Source: a virus (taxonomy: Duplodnaviria; Caudoviricetes). From it: a stretch of DNA of 64,000 bases. This document shows positions 1 to 9,196 of this stretch, one piece after another. Numbering within the stretch: the stretch's first letter is position 1; each line of letters starts with the position of its first letter. The notes beneath the pieces were generated by a model. It searched no databases. It saw only the letters and a program-made list of their open reading frames with translations, and had not been told where the DNA came from. The stretch covers positions 64,001 through 128,000 of IMG/VR virus record IMGVR_UViG_3300031555_004294. One strand, written 5' to 3'. A program made the translations under genes and the position numbers.

Positions 1-555
1 ATGTCAATCATCTACTCTAATGACAAATTACAAATGATACACTGTTTACAGAATAAAGATACCTACTTGCTAACATCTAGCTTTGGAAATGTTAATTTGT
101 ATTCACAAATGGACTTAGTAGAACTTTACAACAATAAAGAGAACTACGAAATTAACCCACAGTTACTTCCTTATATGTTCGCATTTAGTGGAAATAAGAA
201 ATATTCAGTAGAAGGCTGTAAGGGATATGCAGAATTAAAAACTTGCAAATTTTTTAAGAAATTGCTAGACCAAAATGTTATTTCTAACATAAATTACAAG
301 GAACCTTCTATCTTCCTTAATGAAATAAAGAATTCTATCAGTCCAGAACAATATCATATACTAGAACGAAATATTTCTCTCTTCCATTTTCCGTCTATGT
401 ATATGGAACTAACTGATAAGGAAATTCTATCTACCTTTACCGTAAAGGATCTACAAGATATGAAATCGTTAGTAGAAATAAATGCAGAACGCTATGAAAA
501 ATATCCTTTACATTTAGAGGAGCTAATGATAGGAGAAGATTATGAATCGATCTAG
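1..555 (+). CDS. hypothetical protein (may be 5'-truncated by window edge)
   Basis: 184-aa ORF starting at base 1, followed by a hairpin and T-run. Confidence 0.6.
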   Translation: MSIIYSNDKLQMIHCLQNKDTYLLTSSFGNVNLYSQMDLVELYNNKENYEINPQLLPYMFAFSGNKKYSVEGCKGYAELKTCKFFKKLLDQNVISNINYKEPSIFLNEIKNSISPEQYHILERNISLFHFPSMYMELTDKEILSTFTVKDLQDMKSLVEINAERYEKYPLHLEELMIGEDYESI

Positions 556-580
556 TGTAATGCTAGATCGATTTTTTTTT
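546..580 (+). terminator. intrinsic terminator
   Basis: AATCGATCTAG-loop-CTAGATCGATT followed by a T-run. Confidence 0.7.
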
Positions 581-2195
581 GATGAAAGGCGGTGTATTTC
601 ATTTGGCATTAAATTCTTTAGAAAATATAAAATCTACAGCATATCCTACATTTTTACAAAATATGAAAAAGTATTTTCATAAAATTTCTTTTTCAGCAAT
701 CATAACTAATGATGATGGAACCACAACAGTTATAGATTTATCAGACGTTCTTTTTGATTTTAAAACTTTTAAGCTTTACAATGCATTTGTATTTCCAGTA
801 GTTGCAGTATCTGTAAATTTAACGCCAAAACAACATAAGACTTTTGCAAATAACTTAGACAGGTTGCAATTTAGATTAAATCTAGAAAAATTTCAAGAAA
901 CAGATATTTCAACAAATAACAACAGAATGTTTGATAAAACTACAGACAGTGTGTATAAAAATTTGATACTAGAATTATCAGACTACGAAAAACAACGTTT
1001 TATTGATGAAACTGAACGAAATAATAATGGATTTGAAGAGAGTATAAAGATTCCAGTTTACATGGAACTATTTAAGGCAGAACATTTAGCTATCAATAAA
1101 AATCCTATAAACGGAATTTTTAATGATGTAGATATGGACAGTTTACTAATACATCTCTTGAAAAAATCTAAACAAAAAATGTTAGTACAAAAATCTAATA
1201 GAAAAGAAAAACTAAAGCAAGTTGTATTACCAGGCAAGAATTTAGCACAAACTATTGAGTATTTACAAGAAGTTTATGGTATCTATAGATCTGGTTTACG
1301 ACTCTTTTTTGATTTTGATAGAGGGTACTGTTTATCGCATGATATCACAGAAAATGAGCCTGTATCTGAAAAAGAACCTATAGAGTATAAAAATGTAGTT
1401 TGCTATATAGATAGACAATCTGAAAGATCAACTAGTTCTTCTGGATGCTGGATGGATGATACAACTAAAACATATTATCTGCTGGCACCTAATTCAAATC
1501 AATTAGAAACCATGGATAAGTCATCCAAAAATATTTATGGGAATAAATTAGTCATCCAGTCATCAACTCAAGATAAAAAACAAGTTGATCAAAAAATTTT
1601 AGACAATAATTACAAAATAGAAAATAGTACAAATACCAAAACAGTACTTGAATCAAGAACTGTAACAAGAAATCAAGATTATACTGTAGCGAAAAATGAT
1701 ACATTGTCATCTATTGCTAGAAAATTTAATATCTCCGTGTCTGAAATTATCGCAAATAACAAAAATATTGTAAATGAAGACTCGATATATGTTAAACAGA
1801 CTATAAAAATACCAATTACAACTGTTGAGATTATTGAAGTTGACAAAATCCTATCTGAAGTTGAAAGTACTGTTAAACCAGATGAAAAAGAAGAAAAAGT
1901 TAAGTACTATTACAACACATCATCCAATTCATATGCTGAAGACGAGTTATTATCTAGGATAAATCGCAATGAGTTAAAGTATATAGGAAATTTTAAAGAT
2001 GTAGATGAAACATTTTTATCTATGAACAAAGCTATATATCTATCTTTCTTAGATGAGTCTTACACCAATTATAACGGTATGTATGAAATAGAAGGTATGG
2101 GTACAATTTATACAAAAATAGGAAAAAATATTTATGAAACGGATACTATAGTAACATTTACTAGATTAACAAAAGGATTTTTAGCATTCTCATAA
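579..2195 (+). CDS. LysM-containing virion protein, probably baseplate hub/tail (start may be TTG at 603)
   Basis: Clear LysM (YTVAKNDTLSSIARKFNISVSEIIANN...IYVKQTIKIP) inside a 538-aa ORF; the structural role is inferred. Confidence 0.6.
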   Translation: MMKGGVFHLALNSLENIKSTAYPTFLQNMKKYFHKISFSAIITNDDGTTTVIDLSDVLFDFKTFKLYNAFVFPVVAVSVNLTPKQHKTFANNLDRLQFRLNLEKFQETDISTNNNRMFDKTTDSVYKNLILELSDYEKQRFIDETERNNNGFEESIKIPVYMELFKAEHLAINKNPINGIFNDVDMDSLLIHLLKKSKQKMLVQKSNRKEKLKQVVLPGKNLAQTIEYLQEVYGIYRSGLRLFFDFDRGYCLSHDITENEPVSEKEPIEYKNVVCYIDRQSERSTSSSGCWMDDTTKTYYLLAPNSNQLETMDKSSKNIYGNKLVIQSSTQDKKQVDQKILDNNYKIENSTNTKTVLESRTVTRNQDYTVAKNDTLSSIARKFNISVSEIIANNKNIVNEDSIYVKQTIKIPITTVEIIEVDKILSEVESTVKPDEKEEKVKYYYNTSSNSYAEDELLSRINRNELKYIGNFKDVDETFLSMNKAIYLSFLDESYTNYNGMYEIEGMGTIYTKIGKNIYETDTIVTFTRLTKGFLAFS

Positions 2196-2219
2196 AATTA
2201 GAAAGGAGAAGTTTGTAAG

Positions 2220-2846
2220 ATGAAGAAATATAAATTTGAAAGTACAATGCATTCACAAAGAATGTTTCTTGGAATTATTTGTGGTTTATTACCTATTTGC
2301 TGTGTTTTATTTGGTTTATTAGGTACAGGTACAAATCCTACTGGCTGGTGGAATTCAATATCTGCTACATATTATGCAAACTCTAAAATGTGGCTAATTG
2401 GTTCTCTAACACTTGCATCGTTCTTTTTCTTTACTTATAAAGGATATGACTTAGGTGACCGAGTATTTACAACAATTAGTGGCATTGCATCAATTTGTAT
2501 TGTAATTTTCCCATGTAATATAAATTCTGTTACTGATACACACGTTGGTCTCTTAATGTTGCCAATTAATGTTTCTCATATCATACATTGTATTGCAGCA
2601 TCAGTATTATTTATTGGATTTGCGTTGATGATACTGATACAGTTTACAAAAGGTAATAACAAGAAACGAAACATCTTATATATAGTTTGTGGAAGTATAA
2701 TTGCAGTTTTTATGCTTAACCAAATCCTATCAGTAGTTTTAAATTATCCTGGTTACTGGACTATGATTAACGAGTTTTTTATGCTTGAAGCTTTTGCAGT
2801 TGCTTGGATTGTAAAGGGTGCGTCTATACAAAAAATAGAAGAATAA
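2220..2846 (+). CDS. multi-pass membrane protein (DUF998-like)
   Basis: About six hydrophobic segments, SISATYY and H..AA..F motifs, AGGAG RBS. Confidence 0.6.
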   Translation: MKKYKFESTMHSQRMFLGIICGLLPICCVLFGLLGTGTNPTGWWNSISATYYANSKMWLIGSLTLASFFFFTYKGYDLGDRVFTTISGIASICIVIFPCNINSVTDTHVGLLMLPINVSHIIHCIAASVLFIGFALMILIQFTKGNNKKRNILYIVCGSIIAVFMLNQILSVVLNYPGYWTMINEFFMLEAFAVAWIVKGASIQKIEE

Positions 2847-2852
2847 AATTTA

Positions 2853-2896
2853 AAGAGGAAAGTGATTAAGTATCACTTTCCTCTTGTTTTTTTTTT
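2853..2896 (+). terminator. intrinsic terminator between convergent genes
   Basis: AAGAGGAAAGTGAT-loop-ATCACTTTCCTCTT followed by a T-run. Confidence 0.75.
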
Positions 2897-2897
2897 G

Positions 2898-3802
2898 TTA
2901 AGACTCCCAGATTTCTTTCATCTTACGCTTCATCTCAATGATGAGCTTATTTGTGTATAGCATCGAATAACTATCTGTAGTCATACGTGATACTATAGAC
3001 ATGGGTGAGTAGATTGCTAAAATATTCTCATCAGGATATCTTTCAGAGAAAGGCTCTTCGCCTTTAGGTAATACGTCACTAACAATTGTCTTAACAGCAG
3101 TACCATAAACAACCTTATCGCCTGTCTTCAATCTGTCTCTATGTTTTACATAGAATTCGATAATGATACCTTCAAAGTCAATACCCTTAATCTTCTCGTC
3201 TTTGATCTGATCAACTCTTGGGAAAATTGTAGATTTGTTATTGGTATTCTCTACTATCTTCTTTCTAGTATTAACTTCTTTAGCATAGCTATCGATTAGC
3301 TTTTGAATGGACTCAGAACAAATTTCTTTAGGTACATTGTAGTAAACCTTAATGTCGATTATCTCACCAGAATACTTAGCTTTGATTGAGTCTTTACCCA
3401 TATCTTCTACAAACTCAGCAAAATCATCACCCATGCTATCAAGAATTCTATTTGCATCAGCATCTTCAAAAGTATGCTCGAAGGAAATTAAACTTTCACT
3501 AGTTTTAACATGTTGATGTTTTTTAACCATTTGTAGAATGTTTGTATTAGGTGCTAGCTTCACAGTAGTTGCCATAGTTACATAAGACGACATATTTTCC
3601 GAAACCTCATTTGTAATAACAGATGAGTCCTCTAATGTATAGTCACCCTGTGCTATAGCTACTTTTGCTAGTAAACCTTGAGAGAATGTAACTTTATCAG
3701 TTTTATTACCTAAGAAGAAATCACTATTCTTTGCTAGAATGTCATTCTTCTTAAATTTTTGACCTTCTTCGAAAAGTAGGTCTTTTTTGTTGGAAATGTA
3801 AA
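2898..3802 (-). CDS. multisubunit RNA polymerase beta subunit, exon 2
   Basis: The frame is open upstream of the called ATG (3593) to 3802: (F)YISNKKD...GDYTLEDS (beta GYNFEDS motif), then LKTGDKV..KTIVS and YSPMSIVSRM (beta GDK..KGVVS and NPLGVPSRM motifs). Confidence 0.9.
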
Positions 3803-3954
3803 CATTAATATTTGCATAGAGACATTAATTCTATGACTGCTAGGCTTTTAAACCTAGATTAGACTATATCTTCTTGTACTTTCCTATTATACAATCATTT
3901 GACTGCAATATAGTCGTTGAACTTATCTTAAAAAATGTAATTTTGAAAAATTTG

Positions 3955-3966
3955 AATATATATTCT
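3955..3966 (+). promoter_or_regulatory. putative phage early promoter motif driving the intron cargo operon
   Basis: AATATATATTCT; the same motif precedes other non-structural units (36046 +, 44483 -, 49633 -, 55739 -). Confidence 0.6.
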
Positions 3967-4137
3967 AAATGTAGATAAAAGGTGCTACGAATTAGATAGT
4001 AATTCTATCCTTTAACAGAATTGGCAAATGCAGATTTGAACTCTGTGTAAAGTCCCTGTTATAGCAGTAGTTAAATGGAATTTGAGAAACAGCCTTTAAA
4101 AATTTTTATACTTTTACTAAAAGGAGTTAACTACAAA

Positions 4138-5019
4138 ATGGAAAAAACTATCTACAACGGAATGGAATTTAATTACTATCAGATCGCTGAAATCCTGCTT
4201 GGTAATATGGAAGGTATTGATACATCTAACTACACTGATCCTAAAATTTCTTATCAAGAAATGCAAAAAATTAGATTGCGACTGGTTGAAGATAAGAAAA
4301 TTAAAGATAGTTGGTATGAAAATTTTGGTTTAAAACAGATTAACGGAAAATGGATGTCTGTTAGAAATATTAAACCTTGTCCTATTTCAGAAGGAAATTG
4401 CGATAAAGGAATTCAAATTCTGTTAGGTCTTAAAAAAGGGTTAGACGTATCTATTTACGCAAAACCTGAGTTTAGCGGTTTACAGATGCAGGAAATTAGA
4501 TTAGGTCTTGAAAAAGGGTTAGACGTATCTATTTACGCAAAACCTGAATATAGTCACCATCAGATGGACAAAATTCTATTTGGTCTTGAAAGAGGGTTAG
4601 ATGTGTCTATTTACGCAAAACCTGAGTTTGACAGTTGCCAAATGAATCAAATCATATGTTTTCTTGTAAGAGGATTTGACATAAATAAATATCTTGATGC
4701 AGGAATTACTAGTTCAGATATGTTATATGAAGCTGGACGTGGTCTTAATGAAGGTATAGACTTATTCGATTATGCTAAGCAGTTAAATGATTCAACTCAG
4801 CTTTATGAGATTTTAATGGGTATTCGAAAAGGAATAGATGTATCTGTATATGCTAAACCTGAGTTTAGCACCGATCAGATGTGTCAAATCAGAATAGGCC
4901 TTGAAAGGGGATTAGACGTATCTGCATATGCAAAACCTGAACTTAAAGCTAGTGTGATGAAACAGATCAGATTCTGTCTTCAAAAAGGACTAGATATGAC
5001 CGTACATCTTAAAACTTAA
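4138..5019 (+). CDS. tandem 26-aa repeat protein (intron cargo gene 1)
   Basis: Repeats of KGLDVSIYAKPEF..QM.EIRLGLE with 78-nt DNA periodicity; AAGGAG RBS before ATG 4138. Confidence 0.8.
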   Translation: MEKTIYNGMEFNYYQIAEILLGNMEGIDTSNYTDPKISYQEMQKIRLRLVEDKKIKDSWYENFGLKQINGKWMSVRNIKPCPISEGNCDKGIQILLGLKKGLDVSIYAKPEFSGLQMQEIRLGLEKGLDVSIYAKPEYSHHQMDKILFGLERGLDVSIYAKPEFDSCQMNQIICFLVRGFDINKYLDAGITSSDMLYEAGRGLNEGIDLFDYAKQLNDSTQLYEILMGIRKGIDVSVYAKPEFSTDQMCQIRIGLERGLDVSAYAKPELKASVMKQIRFCLQKGLDMTVHLKT

Positions 5020-5050
5020 TTTTACTTGAACAAAAGGAGAACTAATAAAA

Positions 5051-5482
5051 ATGAATGTAACAACTTCAATCATTAACGAACACGGAAACCAACTCAAATT
5101 CACATCTATTCCTCGAAGATACACATCAGGAAATACAGAATATTGGAAGGAATATGATAAGAACGGTAATCTTATCTATGAAAGATTTTCCAATGACGTT
5201 GTAAGGACTCATCTCTATGATGCACAGGGTAAGTTTATCCTTACATACGATCCTTCAGAAATGGGAGCTATAGTAGCTATCCGTCTTTTCTATGATGAGT
5301 ATCGTAGTGTAATGGCAGAACTTGCTTTTGCATATGGAAGTACTCATACTATCGAATGGACTGATATAGCTCAGAGAAGAGCATTCCAGATCGGTATCAA
5401 TGGATATACTTTCATCTTTGATGAGAGAGATGTAGCTAAAGAAAAAACCTTCCAAGATTTTGTAAAAACAAAGGAGAACTAA
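5051..5482 (+). CDS. hypothetical protein, paralog of 5713-6150 (intron cargo)
   Basis: AAGGAG RBS; shares WxEYDxNGNLIxERFS and IGINxYTFIFDERD with 5713-6150. Confidence 0.8.
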   Translation: MNVTTSIINEHGNQLKFTSIPRRYTSGNTEYWKEYDKNGNLIYERFSNDVVRTHLYDAQGKFILTYDPSEMGAIVAIRLFYDEYRSVMAELAFAYGSTHTIEWTDIAQRRAFQIGINGYTFIFDERDVAKEKTFQDFVKTKEN

Positions 5483-5486
5483 CAAA

Positions 5487-5681
5487 ATGAAACTTCGTGA
5501 TGTACTCAATGTTATTAGTGGTGGCACTAATATCAGAATCTCTGTCAACTGCAATACTATCTTTTCTGGTCGAATGGCCGATGTAAAGGTAACTGATTGG
5601 ACCAATACTGTCGGTCCTTATCTGGATAATGAAGTCTACAGACTCAATACTTTCAATGGTTACATAACTATCGCTTGCTAA
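5487..5681 (+). CDS. small hypothetical protein (intron cargo)
   Basis: AAGGAG RBS, tight operon packing. Confidence 0.7.
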   Translation: MKLRDVLNVISGGTNIRISVNCNTIFSGRMADVKVTDWTNTVGPYLDNEVYRLNTFNGYITIAC

Positions 5682-5712
5682 AAATCACACAAGCAAAGGA
5701 GAATTAAACAAA

Positions 5713-6150
5713 ATGCTTGAATCTAAAACTATCATCGAAACTGAAAATGGCAATCGTCTTGAGTTTACGAATTTCACTCCTGACCAAATTAAATCCTATG
5801 GTAAGATCTGGAGGGAATATGATACCAATGGTAATCTTATTCATGAAAGATTTTCTACTGGAGTTATGAAAAACTATCTTTATGATGAGGATAATAAACT
5901 CATCGAAGAATATGATCCTATGGTAAAAGGAGCCATCAATGAAATTCGCATTTTCTATGACGAAGGTCATAAAATCAAGGCAGAACTTACTTTTGCCTTT
6001 GGTGGTACTACAATCATCGATTGGACTGATGTAACTCAAAGAGGACTCTATGAAATTGGTATCAACGCATATACTTTTATCTTTGATGAAAGAGATGCCG
6101 TTAGAGAAAGATTTTTCCAAGATTTTATAGTAACAAAGGAGACAAAATAA
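5713..6150 (+). CDS. hypothetical protein, paralog of 5051-5482 (intron cargo)
   Basis: AAGGAG RBS; similar to 5051-5482 along its length. Confidence 0.8.
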   Translation: MLESKTIIETENGNRLEFTNFTPDQIKSYGKIWREYDTNGNLIHERFSTGVMKNYLYDEDNKLIEEYDPMVKGAINEIRIFYDEGHKIKAELTFAFGGTTIIDWTDVTQRGLYEIGINAYTFIFDERDAVRERFFQDFIVTKETK

Positions 6151-6151
6151 A

Positions 6152-6595
6152 ATGTCATCTACTAATGCAGAATTCGAAATTGGAGAATTTGTAATAACAA
6201 CAGAAAAAATCCAAAATCACCATGGTTCTCTTGAAAAAGACATGGTTGTAGAAATAGTCGGTATAAACAAATCAAATCATACATACGATGTCTGTTTTGA
6301 TAGTGACGCTGGAAAGATTCTTGGAGTTCTTCGTGAAGTTAGTCATACAAGTCTCAAGAGATCTCCTATTCTTAACAGTTCTTATAGATTCACAGAATGT
6401 ACTAGAACTGCAGTAGAAAAAATAGAGCAAGCTATTTCCGTTATTTACGATCAAGATGCAAATGAAGAATGTATTAATGATCTTAAAAATGTCATTGAAC
6501 TTCTTTTTAAGGCTAGACACAATGTTCGTTTTACATTAACACCTGAGATGATCAAGAAATATGAAACACTCAACAAAGGAGAAATAACAAAATGA
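6152..6595 (+). CDS. hypothetical protein (intron cargo)
   Basis: RBS; C-terminal helix pair resembles 6592-6825. Confidence 0.7.
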   Translation: MSSTNAEFEIGEFVITTEKIQNHHGSLEKDMVVEIVGINKSNHTYDVCFDSDAGKILGVLREVSHTSLKRSPILNSSYRFTECTRTAVEKIEQAISVIYDQDANEECINDLKNVIELLFKARHNVRFTLTPEMIKKYETLNKGEITK

Positions 6596-6825
6596 AAATC
6601 AAAACAACAAATATCAATCAAGACAGCAATAAAATTGAAATCGATAACAACACCCAAAAATACATGGGTCATATCACATCTGCTATTGACAAGGCAGAAC
6701 AAGCTCTTTCGAGTATAACTTATACAAGTCATTCAGATGTAAACGAAGAGCCTATCAAGCTTATCAATAAAGCCATCGAACTTCTTGAAAAAGCTCAGGA
6801 TAGTACCATCTACAAACCTGTATAA
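6592..6825 (+). CDS. small hypothetical protein (intron cargo)
   Basis: ATGA overlap with the upstream gene, AAGGAG RBS. Confidence 0.7.
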   Translation: MKIKTTNINQDSNKIEIDNNTQKYMGHITSAIDKAEQALSSITYTSHSDVNEEPIKLINKAIELLEKAQDSTIYKPV

Positions 6826-6842
6826 AGGAGATACCACAACAT

Positions 6843-7061
6843 ATGGAAACTTTTATAATTTGCTTTAAACTTGACAATGCTTATAGGATTTTAGATCAAG
6901 TTGCCATTGTCTATGCAAGAAATCAAGACCATGCAATAAGCCTTCTTAATGCAATGTATGAGAAGTGTCAGTATGAATCAATAAAGTCCATTTACAGTGT
7001 TAGCAAATTAAGTGAAGATGGTAATCCTACTATTTTCACATATACCCCAGCTTTATATTAA
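6843..7061 (+). CDS. small hypothetical protein (intron cargo)
   Basis: AAGGAG RBS. Confidence 0.7.
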   Translation: METFIICFKLDNAYRILDQVAIVYARNQDHAISLLNAMYEKCQYESIKSIYSVSKLSEDGNPTIFTYTPALY

Positions 7062-7072
7062 GGAGAACGACT

Positions 7073-7813
7073 ATGGTTACAAAATACAATGTCATTAATT
7101 TCTTTGAAAAAAGAAAAGGTGACCCAACTGTTCCTCATACAATAGATGAGAAACATGAAAACATCATCTACAAAGATACAGGTAAAGTCCTTGCTACAAT
7201 CGATGAGTACATGGCTGCTATGAAAAAAGTACTTCATTGTGACTTTGAACTCATCTATGATGAACATCCTTCCTGTTTCTCAGTCATCCGTTGTAAGGAA
7301 TGTGGAACTGTAATCTTTGAACGTTATGATGAAGATTATGATCCAAATCTTTGCTGTCCTACTTGTGGGGGCTATAAAACTTACTTTGATTTCTGGACGA
7401 AGGAAGAAATTGATAGTGATGAGGAAAAACAAAAAGCTATCAAAAACTACGAAGAAATGCAACGTGAGTTGGATGAGTCCTATGCAAGACGACAGAAAAG
7501 AGGAGGTCTTTATGATTGGGAGATTTGGAAAAAGAGAATTGAGTTCAAGAAAACCCTTTGGAATATCTCTCTTGAATGTGATAATCTTTTCTATAGCAAA
7601 CCAAAACTTAAAGGTCTAAAACTCATTATCAAAATGAGTAAAAGAGATCCTGAATATGACGACATGTTTGTCTGGAAGAAGTCTACAAGAATTCCTCTAT
7701 CTTGGTATGCTTTCTACATACATTGTATTCTCCCATACTCTAAAACATGTCCAGAAGAATTACGCAAGTACCATTTCTGGCAGAAGAAACCTAAAGATCA
7801 GGAGGAAGGATAA
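7073..7813 (+). CDS. zinc-ribbon protein (intron cargo)
   Basis: CKECG and CPTCG pairs; AAGGAG RBS. Confidence 0.7.
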   Translation: MVTKYNVINFFEKRKGDPTVPHTIDEKHENIIYKDTGKVLATIDEYMAAMKKVLHCDFELIYDEHPSCFSVIRCKECGTVIFERYDEDYDPNLCCPTCGGYKTYFDFWTKEEIDSDEEKQKAIKNYEEMQRELDESYARRQKRGGLYDWEIWKKRIEFKKTLWNISLECDNLFYSKPKLKGLKLIIKMSKRDPEYDDMFVWKKSTRIPLSWYAFYIHCILPYSKTCPEELRKYHFWQKKPKDQEEG

Positions 7814-7816
7814 TTT

Positions 7817-8275
7817 ATGCACAACATCACTACAAGATACAAAGAGATTAAAGTTTGGTCTGCAAGTAAATTTAATCTCATCATCGCTATCGTTTTCATC
7901 GTTCTTACTGTACTGCTTGAAGCAGGAATTTTACACTGTATATTTACAGATAAAATTGGAAGTGCTGTTTTATTACAGTTTATGGTATCACCAATAACAA
8001 TTGTAGTTGCATCATGTGGAATTGGTACTTATAAACGAAGAAAAGAATTTACATTATACTTCAGCCAAATTGATGACGTTATTGATATCTCAAGACTTAA
8101 ATCTGAATATCATCTTTGCATGATTGATGGGTATGGTGTATTATTTATCAAAAACGATGATATACCTTCATATTCTGATTGGACTACTTTTGGTAGCTAT
8201 AATTCTACTTATAGAATTGAAGAAAAGTTTTTTAAAAATAGCACAATTTCTTTCATTACTAAAAAGGAGGACTAG
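7817..8275 (+). CDS. membrane protein with two TM segments (intron cargo)
   Basis: Two N-terminal hydrophobic stretches; GGAGG upstream. Confidence 0.7.
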   Translation: MHNITTRYKEIKVWSASKFNLIIAIVFIVLTVLLEAGILHCIFTDKIGSAVLLQFMVSPITIVVASCGIGTYKRRKEFTLYFSQIDDVIDISRLKSEYHLCMIDGYGVLFIKNDDIPSYSDWTTFGSYNSTYRIEEKFFKNSTISFITKKED

Positions 8276-8279
8276 AATA

Positions 8280-8450
8280 ATGAAAACCTATAGTGTAAGT
8301 ATACTTCATAAAACTGGTAGGGTTGTAAGACCTTATATCTTCAACGTTGAAGCATCAAATGAAAAAGATGCAGAGAATGAAGTCATGAGTAAAGTTAAAG
8401 CTCTTAATCTTAAAGGATCTTTAAGCGTTGATTTCGTTGAAGAAATTTAA
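8280..8450 (+). CDS. small hypothetical protein, 56 aa (intron cargo)
   Basis: AAGGAGG RBS before ATG 8280 (MKTYSV...), in frame with track ORF 8124-8450. Confidence 0.65.
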   Translation: MKTYSVSILHKTGRVVRPYIFNVEASNEKDAENEVMSKVKALNLKGSLSVDFVEEI

Positions 8451-8473
8451 CAAACAGAAAGGAAAATATCGCC

Positions 8474-8734
8474 ATGATGACTAAAACCCAATTTGCAAAA
8501 AAGATCGTTGAAGGATTTTGCAAAGATGTTGACTACAGAACTATTACTGATTGGTCTCCTTATATCTGTATGAGTAGTAGACTCGCAGTTGCATTAGAAT
8601 TCCTTGGATTGATTCCGAAGGATTCTTATACAGAATCTAGAGGAGGAATTGAAATGGTTTACTATGACAAGGAGAATAATGAGTCTGCAATTCTTTCAAC
8701 CAGAGAACTTCTTTCGTTGCTTCCTGATGAATAA
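8474..8734 (+). CDS. hypothetical protein (intron cargo)
   Basis: AAGGA RBS, 86 aa. Confidence 0.7.
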   Translation: MMTKTQFAKKIVEGFCKDVDYRTITDWSPYICMSSRLAVALEFLGLIPKDSYTESRGGIEMVYYDKENNESAILSTRELLSLLPDE

Positions 8735-8748
8735 TTAAAGTTCAAGAA

Positions 8749-8780
8749 AGTGTTAAGGGATCACTTTAAATATCCCTTCT
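8749..8780 (+). repeat. hairpin direct repeat copy 1 (copy 2 at 9159-9190)
   Basis: AGTGTTAAGGGATCACTTTAAATATCCCTTCT matches copy 2 at 30 of 32 positions. Confidence 0.85.
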
Positions 8781-8806
8781 CTAATTTATAAAACTAGAAA
8801 GGAAAT

Positions 8807-9145
8807 ATGTTAACCATGAAACGTGAATATATTGACAACGAAGAAATCATGAGTAACGATACTATTGAAATGGAGCATATCGTCACTGCAAAAAGGATTG
8901 AAAATAATATTGTGCTTTTTCAAAACGTAATTGCTAGTTTTTCAGGTGTAAAACTTACCGATGGTAAAGGCCCAAATGATCCAGATGAAGATGCATTTTG
9001 TGAGTTCAAATACAAAGATGATAAATTTTACTATAGAGATAGTCTCACAAAAGAGTTTGAAGAAGTTACATATGCTTTTTGGACGAATACTCTCTTATAC
9101 TATGTTTCTGAAGGACATAGTATTCATTATTTCAATGAAGACTAA
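8807..9145 (+). CDS. hypothetical protein (last intron cargo gene)
   Basis: AAGGA RBS; flanked by the duplicated hairpin. Confidence 0.7.
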   Translation: MLTMKREYIDNEEIMSNDTIEMEHIVTAKRIENNIVLFQNVIASFSGVKLTDGKGPNDPDEDAFCEFKYKDDKFYYRDSLTKEFEEVTYAFWTNTLLYYVSEGHSIHYFNED

Positions 9146-9158
9146 TTCATCTACATAC

Positions 9159-9196
9159 AGTGTTAAGGGATCACTATAAATGTCCCTTCTTTTTTT
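9159..9196 (+). terminator. terminator of the cargo operon, just inside the P6 arm
   Basis: AAGGGA...TCCCTT stem followed by CTTTTTTT. Confidence 0.7.

Noticed and set aside
2898-3593. Independent gene starting at ATG 3593
   Set aside because: The conserved GDYTLEDS motif lies upstream of this ATG in the same frame, so it is exon 2.
4430-4990. CRISPR-like or DGR-like repeats
   Set aside because: The 78-nt periodicity is an in-frame protein repeat; no unique spacers, cas genes or reverse transcriptase in the window.
4075-9145. Homing endonuclease or transposase among the intron cargo genes
   Set aside because: No HNH, GIY-YIG, LAGLIDADG or DDE motif pattern visible by eye, and all ORFs are antisense to the intron; a remote nuclease fold cannot be excluded without a profile search.
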